Shown here piece by piece: positions 29,401-38,660 of a stretch of DNA of 64,000 nucleotides. Positions within the stretch are counted from its first letter, which is position 1. Every line of letters begins with the position of its first letter. Under the pieces are notes generated by a model, which worked only from the letters and a program-made list of their open reading frames with translations, was not told the origin of the DNA and searched no databases. Source of the stretch: Candidatus Caenarcanales bacterium (GTDB lineage: Bacteria > Cyanobacteriota > Vampirovibrionia > LMEP-6097). The stretch spans positions 3,714 to 67,713 of the forward strand of contig CANHDW010000001.1 in NCBI GenBank assembly GCA_947459525.1. The letters are read 5' to 3'. Position numbers and translations under genes: made by a program.

Positions 29401-30872
29401 ATTTTATTCTGCGTCAATTCATCATATTTCGAAATAAGATATTTATTAGCTTCAATAAAATTAAGCTTCTCTGCATCTTCAGTAAACATTTTCAAATAAT
29501 TCTGAGAAACCTTCACGGATACCTCATCATCACTTAAGTAATTTAAAATCTGTTGTTCTTGATTTGCATTTAAATCTAATCTAAGCCCTTGCTCTAAAAT
29601 CTTTAATTTATCGAGTTCTCCTTCCTGAGTAAGGTTCAGAACAGTCTCTGCAAAAAGTATATCCTGCTCAGTAAGATTATTCTCATCAAGCAAACTTTCA
29701 AAAATCTTCGCTTGAGCTTCACCATTAAAAGCTGCTAGTAAACCTTTATTCTTATCAAGAAAATCTAGCTTTCCTTGATTCTCTCCTAAATCCAAAATAT
29801 CAAGATAGGCTTCAGCGATATGAGAGTCTATCCATAAATAACTAATAAGCTGCTTTTCTTGATCAGCACCTAAATTAAGATTTTTTGTTTTATCTAAAAC
29901 CGCTAATTTATCTCTGTCACCAGCTTCTATGAAATACTGAACACTACTTGCTTTGAGTAAATCATTTTCAGAACTATTTGTTGAATCTAGTAAATAAGTC
30001 TGTAATTTCTTTTGATCATCTTCTTGCATGCGAGAAATTTCATATTTATTAGTCTCTAGATAAATTAGCTTTTCTATATCACCAGTAGAACTAGCTATAT
30101 CCATAAAGCTCTCTGCTATGGTTGCTGAAACTAACTGATTTAAAATTAACTTAAGGAATTCATTCTGCTCATCCTCTGTTAAATTAAGTTCACGCCCAGT
30201 TATTAAAACATCGACTTTATCTCTCTTCTCTGCTTTAATTAAATCAATTAAAGCCTTCGTAAACTTAGTGTCATCTTCTGTTAAGTTATCGGCATCCAAT
30301 AAAGAAGTGAATATCATCTGCTGATCAAGAGTATTTTGAGCAGAAATTACATATTTATTATTTTCTATAAATTCTAATTTTTCGAGCCCTAAATCAGTTG
30401 TAGCAGCTATCAAAAATGCAGCAACCAAATTTGCAGAAACATCAGAATCTAAAAGGTAATCTTTAAGCTGAGCCTTAGATTTATCATCTAAATCCATTGC
30501 ACTAGCTTTATGTAAGGTTGCTAATTTCTCTTGATTGTTTTGTTGCTCTAATAATTTAGCAACTTCTGTGAAATACGAGTCCGTAGCTAAATTAATATCA
30601 GAACTAGGCTCATTTACTAATTCAGCAAAAGGCTCTAAAATTAGAGGTTCTGTAACAAGAAACTCATTTACATCAAGATTAAACTCTTCTTCTATAACAG
30701 ACTCATTTACAATTGGGCTAAGTTCTAAAATCAAGGGTGCTAAAGCATTCCCCGAAATCACAGATAAATTAGCGTCATACAGAGAATTTTCAAAATCCTC
30801 TAATATATAATTATTTGGGTATAAAACATCAGTAAGACTGATGCCCTCATTGCTTATATCCACACCTAACAC
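26421..30872 (-). CDS. Giant (1483 aa) tandem-repeat protein of unknown function, about a dozen diverged ~100-aa repeats
   Basis: A recurring module [E/D]KLxFLExNKYxIS...Q.KxxxYLxDxxxxTxxDxxFxxxL...KLxxLxxxRxLxLxxxQExxFLxYLxDxxVSxxxxxxY is seen more than 10 times (e.g. LEANKYVISS, ENNKYVISAQ, ETNKYEISRM, EANKYLISKY, ENKFKISEIG, ENKYLISSSD, DNNKYAISLL, EDNKYLISSYD, EKSKYSVADL). No N-terminal signal peptide. The C-terminal ~200 aa are non-repetitive. The 3' end overlaps the convergent ynbB-like gene by 15 bp. Confidence 0.8.
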   Translation of the reverse strand: MLGVDISNEGISLTDVLYPNNYILEDFENSLYDANLSVISGNALAPLILELSPIVNESVIEEEFNLDVNEFLVTEPLILEPFAELVNEPSSDINLATDSYFTEVAKLLEQQNNQEKLATLHKASAMDLDDKSKAQLKDYLLDSDVSANLVAAFLIAATTDLGLEKLEFIENNKYVISAQNTLDQQMIFTSLLDADNLTEDDTKFTKALIDLIKAEKRDKVDVLITGRELNLTEDEQNEFLKLILNQLVSATIAESFMDIASSTGDIEKLIYLETNKYEISRMQEDDQKKLQTYLLDSTNSSENDLLKASSVQYFIEAGDRDKLAVLDKTKNLNLGADQEKQLISYLWIDSHIAEAYLDILDLGENQGKLDFLDKNKGLLAAFNGEAQAKIFESLLDENNLTEQDILFAETVLNLTQEGELDKLKILEQGLRLDLNANQEQQILNYLSDDEVSVKVSQNYLKMFTEDAEKLNFIEANKYLISKYDELTQNKIFDFLQDSRKLTNSDLSFAEKLLHLLELGDDQGVKLLDKGRDIELNLDQEDKFLEYINDAAVSSTVADAYLVLVQCGADENKINFLEANKYVISSLGVAKQQKIIDYLKDSDEVTVNDIGFTNKLITFMKSADEKGIEILDLVRKRSLGNEKEGLFLEYLAMTDTTNKVQIDQLLKSLSVNRSGVSLSFASVFNTLLKQGDKAKLDLLIQGNLVEMDIETRNEWRAALVEKDVSVDFAKTYMNLVKSNADSDKLRFLAENKFKISEIGKDFQQKVFDYVTDSANFTDDDVSFAKTYLRLARRGDLTKLNILEQNRKTEFSAEQEQQFLSYLSDRNVSVNLIGSFLDIISSGADDEKLKYLSENKYLISSSDTVTQGKVLNYLLDLDNLTENDTVFTDTIRILLTQQDNERLDVLSRARNLDLTKEQEMKFFNYFLDNKVSLDFTETYLTLLNSQASNEKLDFIDNNKYAISLLSATVQTKVLNYLADENAVINQKQPETFSLLSKLSILEETSLLSWSETQEKQLLNYIMDNKVSADLTSTYVDLINLGSESEKLIYLEDNKYLISSYDKKFQKTLSEYLVDKENKTDLDILYVTNLSNFIQNGDSEKITVLESSRGLGLGVNGETQFFSYLADTKLSADFAKAYLDLFTFEAGSDKYDFLEKSKYSVADLSLANQNRFFDYLVDADDKLHEDLLFTKILLHFAKQGSVSKTNAMDSGFELDLDSKQERQFLRYLLDSKLSLGIAVAYAELASTNIANPVLDLLQNTQLTVSSLNIGLQEKLAEQMKAAANNSNDSLEILGLSFSLIRDYKIDKRVALELSEILQSGEALEGLQNFKQNNQLERIAVDPKSGLHDIEFQSSVQKISNLGKFLGVNVEASQATSLFIVNNMIEALRSAPLKQFENKQDRQQKILSDYQSRLDSYTTLILEELSKGDKLDQRKLELFKTKRNDIENFIQAIENSLNSITNITEKDPYIERQINEILANQSALKVF

Positions 30873-30954
30873 GCTCCGAATTTATTAAAGCAAAATATCT
30901 TTAATAAATCGTTAACGGCAATATTATCTTGAATGTGTGGGTTAAATTAGATCA

Positions 30955-32517
30955 TCAAATTACCTGCAAAGCTTTAATTATCGGCATACGTTTAGCTGAA
31001 AATTCATTTGCCTGCCTTAATATCTCAGCAAGATTTTCTTCATCAGATTCTAAAGTCTTACCCTCCTTTAGTAATTTCTGGTTATGAGAAGATAGTAATG
31101 CCCATGCTTTTTGAGACCATTCACCTGGATCAATAATGCCTAGCTTAATATATTTTATAAAAAGCCTCTCAAAGCGATTAACATGAATACCACTACCTGT
31201 AACGGGACTCACGATAAAATTAATATCATCATTACCTTCAGTTCCAGCTAAAATATGTTGATTTAATTTCACGGTTTTTCCACTGCAATTATTTATCAAT
31301 TCTTCATCCTGAGCGATGGCTATATATCCCTCAGAAATTAAGATCATCACAGCTTGTACTAAACTTTTCATGGTGACATTATCTGACTGAAGTGAAATTT
31401 CTAATTCTGCTAAAGAAAAAACTTGATGTTTAGCTAAGGCTGCCATTAAAGGAATAAAAATCGCTTCTTGAATATTCGCTCCGACAATACTACTCTTAAT
31501 CTTAGAGTCCACATCATCTTTATTTACTACCAGTAAAATACGGATTTTCCTTAATTCCTTTAACTGCTCCTGTGCAGAAAGCTTTCTAGCACCCTTAACC
31601 CAGTAATCACGCCTAAACTGCCTATTTACGATAAAATCACGCACCGATTCACGGAAATCATCATCAGGAATCTCTTTTAGAAAATTTTGCTGTTCTTGAG
31701 TTAAATTCAAAGCACTAATATGATCTGTAAAAGAAGCGGAACAAGCAAAACTTAATTTAGCAGGTTCAAGTAGTTTAACCATTTCAGCAAAATAAGTCGG
31801 CTGCCAATCACGATTAAAATACTCATGTGCAAGGTAACACTGATTTTGCCCCTTTATTCTCTTTAATTTATCTACAATTGATGGGTTCGCTCTCAAGAAG
31901 CCAGGATTCACCTCCAGTAGTGAATCAACAAAATTAAACGCTGCATCAACCCGTGATAATATACCGCGCCCTGGTGCAGCCATAACTTCAGCATGTTCAG
32001 ATAGGAGATGACGCACTGGTGCCATCGCTGACCAACCAGGCTGAGTATTATAGCTAAGATAGAGTACTCCACCCACATTTAGCTTCCTGCGAAGAAAGTC
32101 AACAATGATAGATTGATTTTCCTCACTAATCCAACTCCAGATCCCATGCAAACCAATAAAGTCAAAATTCGGCAAATCCTCTCTAGAACAGAAAATTTCA
32201 AAAGAATCATCATAAAGCTTAGCTTCAGCTCCAGAAATTGCAGCTAAATCTTGAGCAAAAGCTGCTTGTGAGGGATTAAAATCTGTACCATACCACTGAA
32301 TACTAGACCCAGCTGCATGAATATTGACAGAGATGCCTTGCCCAAAACCAAGCTCAGAAGCTGAAGAAAATTTAGGACATACTAGTCCGGAAAACAAAAA
32401 AGCCAATTTTACCGCTAACGGATTAAGTTCTGGATAATACCCGAATGTATAGCCAACATCAGCAATATATCCAGCAGTCCAATCTGACATAGTAAAGATC
32501 ATACCCAAAAAAAACAT
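30955..32517 (-). CDS. Class I SAM-dependent methyltransferase with C-terminal methyltransferase-regulatory domain
   Basis: 520 aa; the N-terminal half has SAM-MTase features (ELGFGQGISVNI, GGVLYLSYN). It is followed by a long C-terminal domain, as in the MethyTransf_Reg-containing family. Same strand as, and 82 bp upstream of, the giant repeat gene. Confidence 0.55.
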   Translation of the reverse strand: MFFLGMIFTMSDWTAGYIADVGYTFGYYPELNPLAVKLAFLFSGLVCPKFSSASELGFGQGISVNIHAAGSSIQWYGTDFNPSQAAFAQDLAAISGAEAKLYDDSFEIFCSREDLPNFDFIGLHGIWSWISEENQSIIVDFLRRKLNVGGVLYLSYNTQPGWSAMAPVRHLLSEHAEVMAAPGRGILSRVDAAFNFVDSLLEVNPGFLRANPSIVDKLKRIKGQNQCYLAHEYFNRDWQPTYFAEMVKLLEPAKLSFACSASFTDHISALNLTQEQQNFLKEIPDDDFRESVRDFIVNRQFRRDYWVKGARKLSAQEQLKELRKIRILLVVNKDDVDSKIKSSIVGANIQEAIFIPLMAALAKHQVFSLAELEISLQSDNVTMKSLVQAVMILISEGYIAIAQDEELINNCSGKTVKLNQHILAGTEGNDDINFIVSPVTGSGIHVNRFERLFIKYIKLGIIDPGEWSQKAWALLSSHNQKLLKEGKTLESDEENLAEILRQANEFSAKRMPIIKALQVI

Positions 32518-32561
32518 AAAATTTTCAATTCACAAGAATATATGAGAAAATAGATAATGCC

Positions 32562-33242
32562 TTGATAGTAGCAGAAAATATATCCAAATCCTTTTACGAA
32601 GCAGATGAAAGAATTCATCTGGTATTTAGTCACCTAAGTGTAAAAATCGACCCTGGCAGTTTTACTATTATCTTTGGAGCGAGTGGCTCAGGTAAATCAA
32701 CTTTCCTCAATTTAATAAGCGGCATAGATACAATAGATACTGGTTCATTATTAGTCGGAGACATAGATCTAGCCATGGTTTCTGAAAATGACAGAACTTT
32801 ATTTAGAAGAAAAAATGTGGGACTTATATTTCAAAGCTATAACCTGATACCGACACTTACTGTAGAGGAAAATATTTTATTCCCTCTTGAATTAAATGGA
32901 ATAAACACCCCAGAGAATATTGAATTCACACTAGCTATGTTAAAGACCGTAGGCTTAATTAATCGTTTAAAAGACTTCCCAGAAAAGCTTTCTGGTGGTG
33001 AACAGCAACGAGTCGCCACAGTAAGAGCACTTGCTCATAAACCTATATACCTACTTGCAGATGAACCTACCGGAAACCTAGATCAAGAGACAGCTGAAAT
33101 AGTAATGAATCTAATTCAAACTCTCAGAGAAGAATATCAGCCTACTACCATATTAGTCAGCCATGATCAGAATCTTAAAAAATATGCTGATAGGATTTTA
33201 TATTTAGAGAATAAGCATTTTATCTCTTTAGAACATATTTAA
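32562..33242 (+). CDS. ABC transporter ATP-binding protein (LolD/MacB-type, AttE-like)
   Basis: 226 aa; GASGSGKST Walker A, LSGGEQQRVA signature, LLADEPTGNLD Walker B. Confidence 0.9.
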   Translation: MIVAENISKSFYEADERIHLVFSHLSVKIDPGSFTIIFGASGSGKSTFLNLISGIDTIDTGSLLVGDIDLAMVSENDRTLFRRKNVGLIFQSYNLIPTLTVEENILFPLELNGINTPENIEFTLAMLKTVGLINRLKDFPEKLSGGEQQRVATVRALAHKPIYLLADEPTGNLDQETAEIVMNLIQTLREEYQPTTILVSHDQNLKKYADRILYLENKHFISLEHI

Positions 33243-33256
33243 GGGAAAATTCTGCT

Positions 33257-35893
33257 TTGTTAACTAAATCACTTTATCTTTCAAGTATTAGATTCTTAAC
33301 TAAGAATATTTGGCAGTTCGCCTCTTTAATAACTGGCATAGTTCTTTCAGTAGCGATTATCACCGCCACTGATCTAGCTATAGAATCTGCTAAAAAATCT
33401 TTTGAACTTTCGACTGAAATTATAAATGGAAAAGCGACTCACCATATTATCAACAATTCAGGAAAGATAGATGAAGAGCTAGTTATAAACTTGGAGAATA
33501 AGTATAAACTCACAGTAACTCCAATCATAGAAGGTTTTGTCACAAAAAATAATCGTTTACTCAAAGTAATTGGTATAGATCCTTTTAGCGATGTAGCCTT
33601 TAGAAGCATTTTCAAAGAATTTAATTCCAGAAAGCAATATAATCCCTCAGCTTTTATTAATAAACTAGAAGGTTTTTTTACCACTAAACATACCACCGAA
33701 AAATTTAAAATTCTTCCAGGTGATCCTTTCTTAATAGATCAAAATGATGAAACTTACCATCTAAAGCTTTACGGCATAATTGATTCGGACAACGATCCTG
33801 CTAGTGCGTCCCTTGATAATCTTCTATTTATGGATATCTCTACTGCTCAAGAGTTATTAAAATTACAAAACTATATAAGCAGAATAGATTTAATTCTAAA
33901 GCCAGAGGAAGAAAATGAACTCAAGAACATACTCTTCGCTATAGATCCTAGTCTAGTTTTAGTTAAATCTTCAGAACGCAATCAAGCTCAAGAATCTATG
34001 ACTAAATCTTTCAACGCTAATCTGAGTGCTTTAAGTCTTTTAGCTATGCTGGTTGGCATCTTTCTAATTTATAACACTATGACCTTTGCTGTTCTGCAGC
34101 GTCGTAAAATATTTGGCTTCCTTCGGACACTTGGCGTCAATCAAAAAGAAATATTTTCTCTAATTATATTTGAGTCACTATTATTTGCCATAGTCGGCTC
34201 ACTGATTGGTATAGGCTTAGGTTATCTACTTGCAAATGTTCTATTAAGCTTTATAGTTAGAACTATTAATGATCTTTATTTCGTTTTACAGGTAAGTCAG
34301 ATAAATATTAGCAATATAACATTCCTCAAAGCCGGATTAATCGGTGTATTTGCTGCATTATTATCGGCTTTAGTACCAGCTTACGAAGCAAGTAACAGTC
34401 CCGTTACTAAAGTTCTGAAGAACATAGATATCGAAGAAACAGTCAAAAAATACCTTCCAAAATTAAATATCGCAGGCTTAATTTTAATTTCTTTCTCTTT
34501 ACTATTATTCATGATTTTTGAAAAAAATATTTCAGCTTGTTTTTTCGGTTTGTTTAGCATGGTTATTGGCTTTAGCTGCTTTATACCATTTCTCACCTAT
34601 CATAGCGATTATATTTTAGAACCACTGTATAAAAACACTTTCGGCTTAGCTTCTTTAATATCACTCAGAAGTCTCAAGAAAAATCTTAGCCGTAATGCCG
34701 TAGCTATCGCAGCACTTACCGTCGCTATTTCTCTATACCTTTCACTAGATATCGCCATTAATAGTTTTCGTAACACTGTAGAAGACTGGCTTTCAGCTTC
34801 TTTATTTGCAGATATTTATATATCCACTCCAAAACAAGTATCGCATCGTAACCATCTAATACTAAATAATAAAGTCATAGAATTCACAAAGAACTTTCAA
34901 ACTCAAGATCTAATGGGCATTAGTGAATATCACCTGCAAGATGTAATAGGTGAACATGGCTCTACTAGAGTTGCAAGCATAAATTCTCTGCCTATAGTAA
35001 AAAATTCTTTTACCTTTAAAGAATCTACTAAAGATATTTGGAGTAAATTTGATAAAGGTAGAGGTATTATAGCTTCCGCCCCTTATGCGTATAAACATAA
35101 AATTAAATGTAACGATAAAGTAAAACTTCAGACAGATAAAGGATTACAAACATTTACCATTTTAGGAATATTTAGTGATTACAGTTCAGACCAAGGTCTT
35201 TTAATGATGCATCAAGACCTATATCGCTCACTATGGGAAGATCCTAGTTTAAGCTCGCTCGGTATTTTCTTAAAAGAGCCTACCGAAACAGAATTAAAGA
35301 AGCCTAAGGAAAATAAAATCCATCTACTAAGCAACAGAAAAAGCAATCCAAAACTAGATAAAATAAAGAATTATATCGAAGCTTATAAAACTGAAGCTGC
35401 TAATGTAAAACTTTCCCCAGTATTCTTCGAAATACGCTCAAACAAAGAACTTCTCAAAGAATCTTTAGAAATTTTTGATAGAACATTCAGAGTAACATCA
35501 GCATTAAAAATCATTGCTGTTTTGGTAGCAGCTTTTGGTATATTCAGTGCTTTACTATCACTAATTATTGAAAGAGAAAAAGAATTCGCTCTTTTAAAAG
35601 CATTAGGAATGTCTAAACAAGATATTCAAAAGTCAATTTCTTTACAAGCTTTTACCATGGGTTTACTTTCCAGCATTTTTTCAATACCGCTTGGCATCGC
35701 TTCCGCTTGGGTAATGATTTTCGTCATAAATCACCGCTCCTTTGGCTGGGATATAAATTTCTCACTCGATTTTAAAAGCATATTATTCGCAGCTCTAATA
35801 TCAGTAACAGCAGCCTTAATAGCGGCGATCTTTCCAAGTCAAACTCAAGCCAAAGTCTCACCGAGGGAGCTAGAGAAGGATGAAGCATTTTAG
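33257..35893 (+). CDS. ABC transporter permease with duplicated FtsX-like domains (MacB/LolCE-type, AttF/AttG-like fusion)
   Basis: 878 aa; two repeats of a 4-TM FtsX module, each preceded by a large extracytoplasmic domain. Its stop overlaps the start of the next gene. Confidence 0.8.
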   Translation: MLTKSLYLSSIRFLTKNIWQFASLITGIVLSVAIITATDLAIESAKKSFELSTEIINGKATHHIINNSGKIDEELVINLENKYKLTVTPIIEGFVTKNNRLLKVIGIDPFSDVAFRSIFKEFNSRKQYNPSAFINKLEGFFTTKHTTEKFKILPGDPFLIDQNDETYHLKLYGIIDSDNDPASASLDNLLFMDISTAQELLKLQNYISRIDLILKPEEENELKNILFAIDPSLVLVKSSERNQAQESMTKSFNANLSALSLLAMLVGIFLIYNTMTFAVLQRRKIFGFLRTLGVNQKEIFSLIIFESLLFAIVGSLIGIGLGYLLANVLLSFIVRTINDLYFVLQVSQINISNITFLKAGLIGVFAALLSALVPAYEASNSPVTKVLKNIDIEETVKKYLPKLNIAGLILISFSLLLFMIFEKNISACFFGLFSMVIGFSCFIPFLTYHSDYILEPLYKNTFGLASLISLRSLKKNLSRNAVAIAALTVAISLYLSLDIAINSFRNTVEDWLSASLFADIYISTPKQVSHRNHLILNNKVIEFTKNFQTQDLMGISEYHLQDVIGEHGSTRVASINSLPIVKNSFTFKESTKDIWSKFDKGRGIIASAPYAYKHKIKCNDKVKLQTDKGLQTFTILGIFSDYSSDQGLLMMHQDLYRSLWEDPSLSSLGIFLKEPTETELKKPKENKIHLLSNRKSNPKLDKIKNYIEAYKTEAANVKLSPVFFEIRSNKELLKESLEIFDRTFRVTSALKIIAVLVAAFGIFSALLSLIIEREKEFALLKALGMSKQDIQKSISLQAFTMGLLSSIFSIPLGIASAWVMIFVINHRSFGWDINFSLDFKSILFAALISVTAALIAAIFPSQTQAKVSPRELEKDEAF

Positions 35894-37087
35894 ATGAAGA
35901 AAAAAAATTCGAAATTACCAATAATTTTAATATCTAGCTTAGTGCTCATTCTCGTATTTGTAAGCTCTAAATTCTTTTCAAATACACCTTTTAATGAGAG
36001 ACATTTTAAGCTTCAGAAACCTAGCGAATTACTTAAGCATGAAGAAATAGACACTAAGTTTGCTAAAGCATTAGATCCCTATGATTTCAGTTTCCCTCAA
36101 GATCATGGTAGTCACGAAGAATTTAAAACTGAATGGTGGTACTATACTGGAAACTTAGAGGATGCTAATGGTCATGAATTCGGCTATCAATTAACTATCT
36201 TTAGAAATGGATTGGAACCTATTTTTGATGCAGAAGATAAAGAAAATGTCCTCAATAATTGGCAAACCAAAGAAATCTATATGGCTCACTTTGCTATTAC
36301 TGATATTAATAATAAAAAATTCTATTCTTTTGAAAAACTAGGTAGGGAAAGCTTAGAGCAAGCAGGTGCTAGAGCTAACCCTTATAAAATATGGGTTAAA
36401 AACTGGTCTATTCAATCAAGTCCTAAAGCTACTGCTGAAAATATTTTCCCCATAATTCTTAGAGCTCAAGACAAGAATGTAAGTATGAAACTAAATTTAA
36501 AACCAGTTAAACCAGTTACATTACAAGGTCTTGATGGTTTAAGCCAGAAAAGCAGTGGTGCTGGCAATGCTTCATATTATTATTCCATCTCAAAATTAGC
36601 CAGTAAAGGAAAAATACAAATCGGCGATCAGGTATTTAAAGTTAAAGGGTTTAGTTGGCTAGATAGAGAATTTAGCACAAGTTCACTTGGAGGTACTTTA
36701 GCTGGCTGGGATTGGTTCGCTTTACAATTAGCAAACAATGTCGAAATAATGTACTATAGACTTAGAGATCAAGAAAACAACACGGACATAGTACACAGTA
36801 GTGGCGTTATAATAGATGCGGCTGGTGAAAAACATCCATTTACAGCTCAAGATATAATCCTTAGCAGTTCCGAAAAGTTTAAAAGTAAATATAGTGGTGC
36901 TGAATACCCAATTTCATGGACTATGGAAATTCCAAAATTAGATCTAAAAGTTAAAATTAAGCCTCTCCTAAAAGACCAGGAGCACCAAAATAATTATCCT
37001 TACTATGAAGGTGCTATAGAAGTTAACGGCGAGTTTAGTAAAAATAAAATCACTGGCAAAGGCTACATGGAATTAGTAGGATATTAA
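35894..37087 (+). CDS. AttH-like lipocalin-domain protein (CrtC/hydroxyneurosporene-synthase-like N-domain), membrane-anchored
   Basis: 397 aa; N-terminal hydrophobic anchor. The HGSHEEFKTEWWYYTGNL motif is the hallmark of AttH/CrtC-like proteins encoded next to FtsX-type ABC permeases (Agrobacterium attEFGH). Confidence 0.65.
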   Translation: MKKKNSKLPIILISSLVLILVFVSSKFFSNTPFNERHFKLQKPSELLKHEEIDTKFAKALDPYDFSFPQDHGSHEEFKTEWWYYTGNLEDANGHEFGYQLTIFRNGLEPIFDAEDKENVLNNWQTKEIYMAHFAITDINNKKFYSFEKLGRESLEQAGARANPYKIWVKNWSIQSSPKATAENIFPIILRAQDKNVSMKLNLKPVKPVTLQGLDGLSQKSSGAGNASYYYSISKLASKGKIQIGDQVFKVKGFSWLDREFSTSSLGGTLAGWDWFALQLANNVEIMYYRLRDQENNTDIVHSSGVIIDAAGEKHPFTAQDIILSSSEKFKSKYSGAEYPISWTMEIPKLDLKVKIKPLLKDQEHQNNYPYYEGAIEVNGEFSKNKITGKGYMELVGY

Positions 37088-37090
37088 TCT

Positions 37091-37501
37091 ATGGCTATTA
37101 AAATCGGTACAGACCTCTGTGACCCTAAAAGAATAGAAAAAATTCTCAGACGTTACGGTAAAAAATTTATCGCCCGTATACTCACGACAGAAGAACAGGA
37201 TTATTTAGAATTTGGCTTAAATCAAAAAAATTTAAAACCATCTATCAATCACCGAATTGCAGCTAGATATGCTGCAAAGGAAGCTGTAGCTAAAGCACTT
37301 GGCACGGGTATAGGAAAAGAAATTAGCTTTCAGGACATATTAATTCTTAAATACGAAAATTCCTCCGCTCCGTATGTCAAACTAATTAACAACGCTGCTA
37401 AAGTCGCAGAGAAGTTGGGTCTTAGTAAATGGGATATATCTATCAGTCATGAAAAGACCATGAGCATAGCAGTAGTAATAGGTTATAGCGAAAATAATTA
37501 A
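37091..37501 (+). CDS. acpS: Holo-[acyl-carrier-protein] synthase (4'-phosphopantetheinyl transferase)
   Basis: 136 aa; IGTDLCDPKRIEK...ISISHEKTMSIAVVI is the AcpS family pattern. Confidence 0.85.
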   Translation: MAIKIGTDLCDPKRIEKILRRYGKKFIARILTTEEQDYLEFGLNQKNLKPSINHRIAARYAAKEAVAKALGTGIGKEISFQDILILKYENSSAPYVKLINNAAKVAEKLGLSKWDISISHEKTMSIAVVIGYSENN

Positions 37502-38564
37502 AAAAAAGACTAAATTTAAAATACTTATTATTCGATTAAGCGCACTTGGGGACATTATCCACAGTTTCCCCGCACTGAAATATATAAATGCAAATCTAGA
37601 AGCTAATGACTTAAATTACTCTATAGATTTTCTAATTTATGAAAAATTTCAAGACCTTCTATTAGAGCTTAGTTTTATAAATAAAATTCATACCCTGAAA
37701 GATAAAAAATTCAGCACTATCATCAATACTATTGGAGATCTTATTAAAGAAAAATATGACTATGTCATCGATTTTCAGGGACTGCTTAAAACTAGTTTTA
37801 TCAGCTTATTCTCGCTTGCTGAAAGAAGAGTAGGCTTTGCAGAACCTCGCGAGAAAATAGCTGGATTATTTTATAATATGAAATTAAAACAGCATTCTAT
37901 TTGGGATAAGAATTTTCATGTAGTTGAGCATAATTTTAAATTAGCAAATTTTTTTCTCGCCGAATTTTTTTTCCATGAATTCTTTCAAGGTAAAATCCCA
38001 GAAGCATATAAACCTAAAAATATTTTTCGCTCTGCTAAAAATATACCTTTACGAAAAGTAGTACTCATCCCCTGTACGACTTGGGAAACTAAATTCTGGC
38101 CTAAAGACCACTGGGTAAGCATCATAGAGAAAATCAGCGTAAAATTTCCAGCAGCTAAATTTTATCTCACTGGTACTCCTTCCGAAAAAGCTTACCTGGA
38201 ATCGATTACCCATGATTTATTACCACATAATTATCAAAAATGCACACTAATCCTAGATAAAGGACTTATTGGTTTAAGAATATTCTTCAAAGATGCTGAT
38301 CTAATATTAGGAGTAGATACTGGTCCCCTACACCTAGCTGCAGATGCTCTCTATGATTCAGACTCTGCACAAATAATTGGAATCTACGGACCAACTTCCG
38401 CAAAACGCTCTGGACCATATAGCTTTGATTACCTTAGCTATGATGAAATCTATAACTGCACAGCTAGCCATAAAAGAACCTTTAAAAAAGATGGTGGCTC
38501 TATGAATAAAATAAGCCCCGAAAAACTTTTTGAAAAGCTTTTAAGCATAGGCTTTTCACGCTAA
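37497..38564 (+). CDS. Glycosyltransferase family 9 (LPS heptosyltransferase-like); start codon uncertain and non-ATG
   Basis: The frame is open from 37482 in the same frame as the track ORF 37878..38564. N-terminal KILIIRLSALGDIIHSFPAL and GVDTGPLHLAA are GT9 signatures. There is no ATG, GTG or TTG upstream of the conserved N-terminus; candidate starts are ATT at 37497 or ATA at 37494, both overlapping the acpS stop. Confidence 0.65.
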   Translation: MKKKTKFKILIIRLSALGDIIHSFPALKYINANLEANDLNYSIDFLIYEKFQDLLLELSFINKIHTLKDKKFSTIINTIGDLIKEKYDYVIDFQGLLKTSFISLFSLAERRVGFAEPREKIAGLFYNMKLKQHSIWDKNFHVVEHNFKLANFFLAEFFFHEFFQGKIPEAYKPKNIFRSAKNIPLRKVVLIPCTTWETKFWPKDHWVSIIEKISVKFPAAKFYLTGTPSEKAYLESITHDLLPHNYQKCTLILDKGLIGLRIFFKDADLILGVDTGPLHLAADALYDSDSAQIIGIYGPTSAKRSGPYSFDYLSYDEIYNCTASHKRTFKKDGGSMNKISPEKLFEKLLSIGFSR

Positions 38565-38660
38565 GTAAAATCAAACTCTGGGACTGCTCGCAAACTTAAA
38601 TTTCTGCGTTTTCTTTATCCTTGTGATCTAATCATAACGGGACTATGCAGAAGCCTAGCC

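Noticed and set aside
26421-30872. Considered whether the giant repeat gene is an assembly artefact of collapsed or expanded DNA repeats
   Set aside because: Repeat units are diverged at the nucleotide level (no long exact DNA repeats seen by eye). Mis-assembly is therefore less likely than a genuine ancient tandem-repeat protein.
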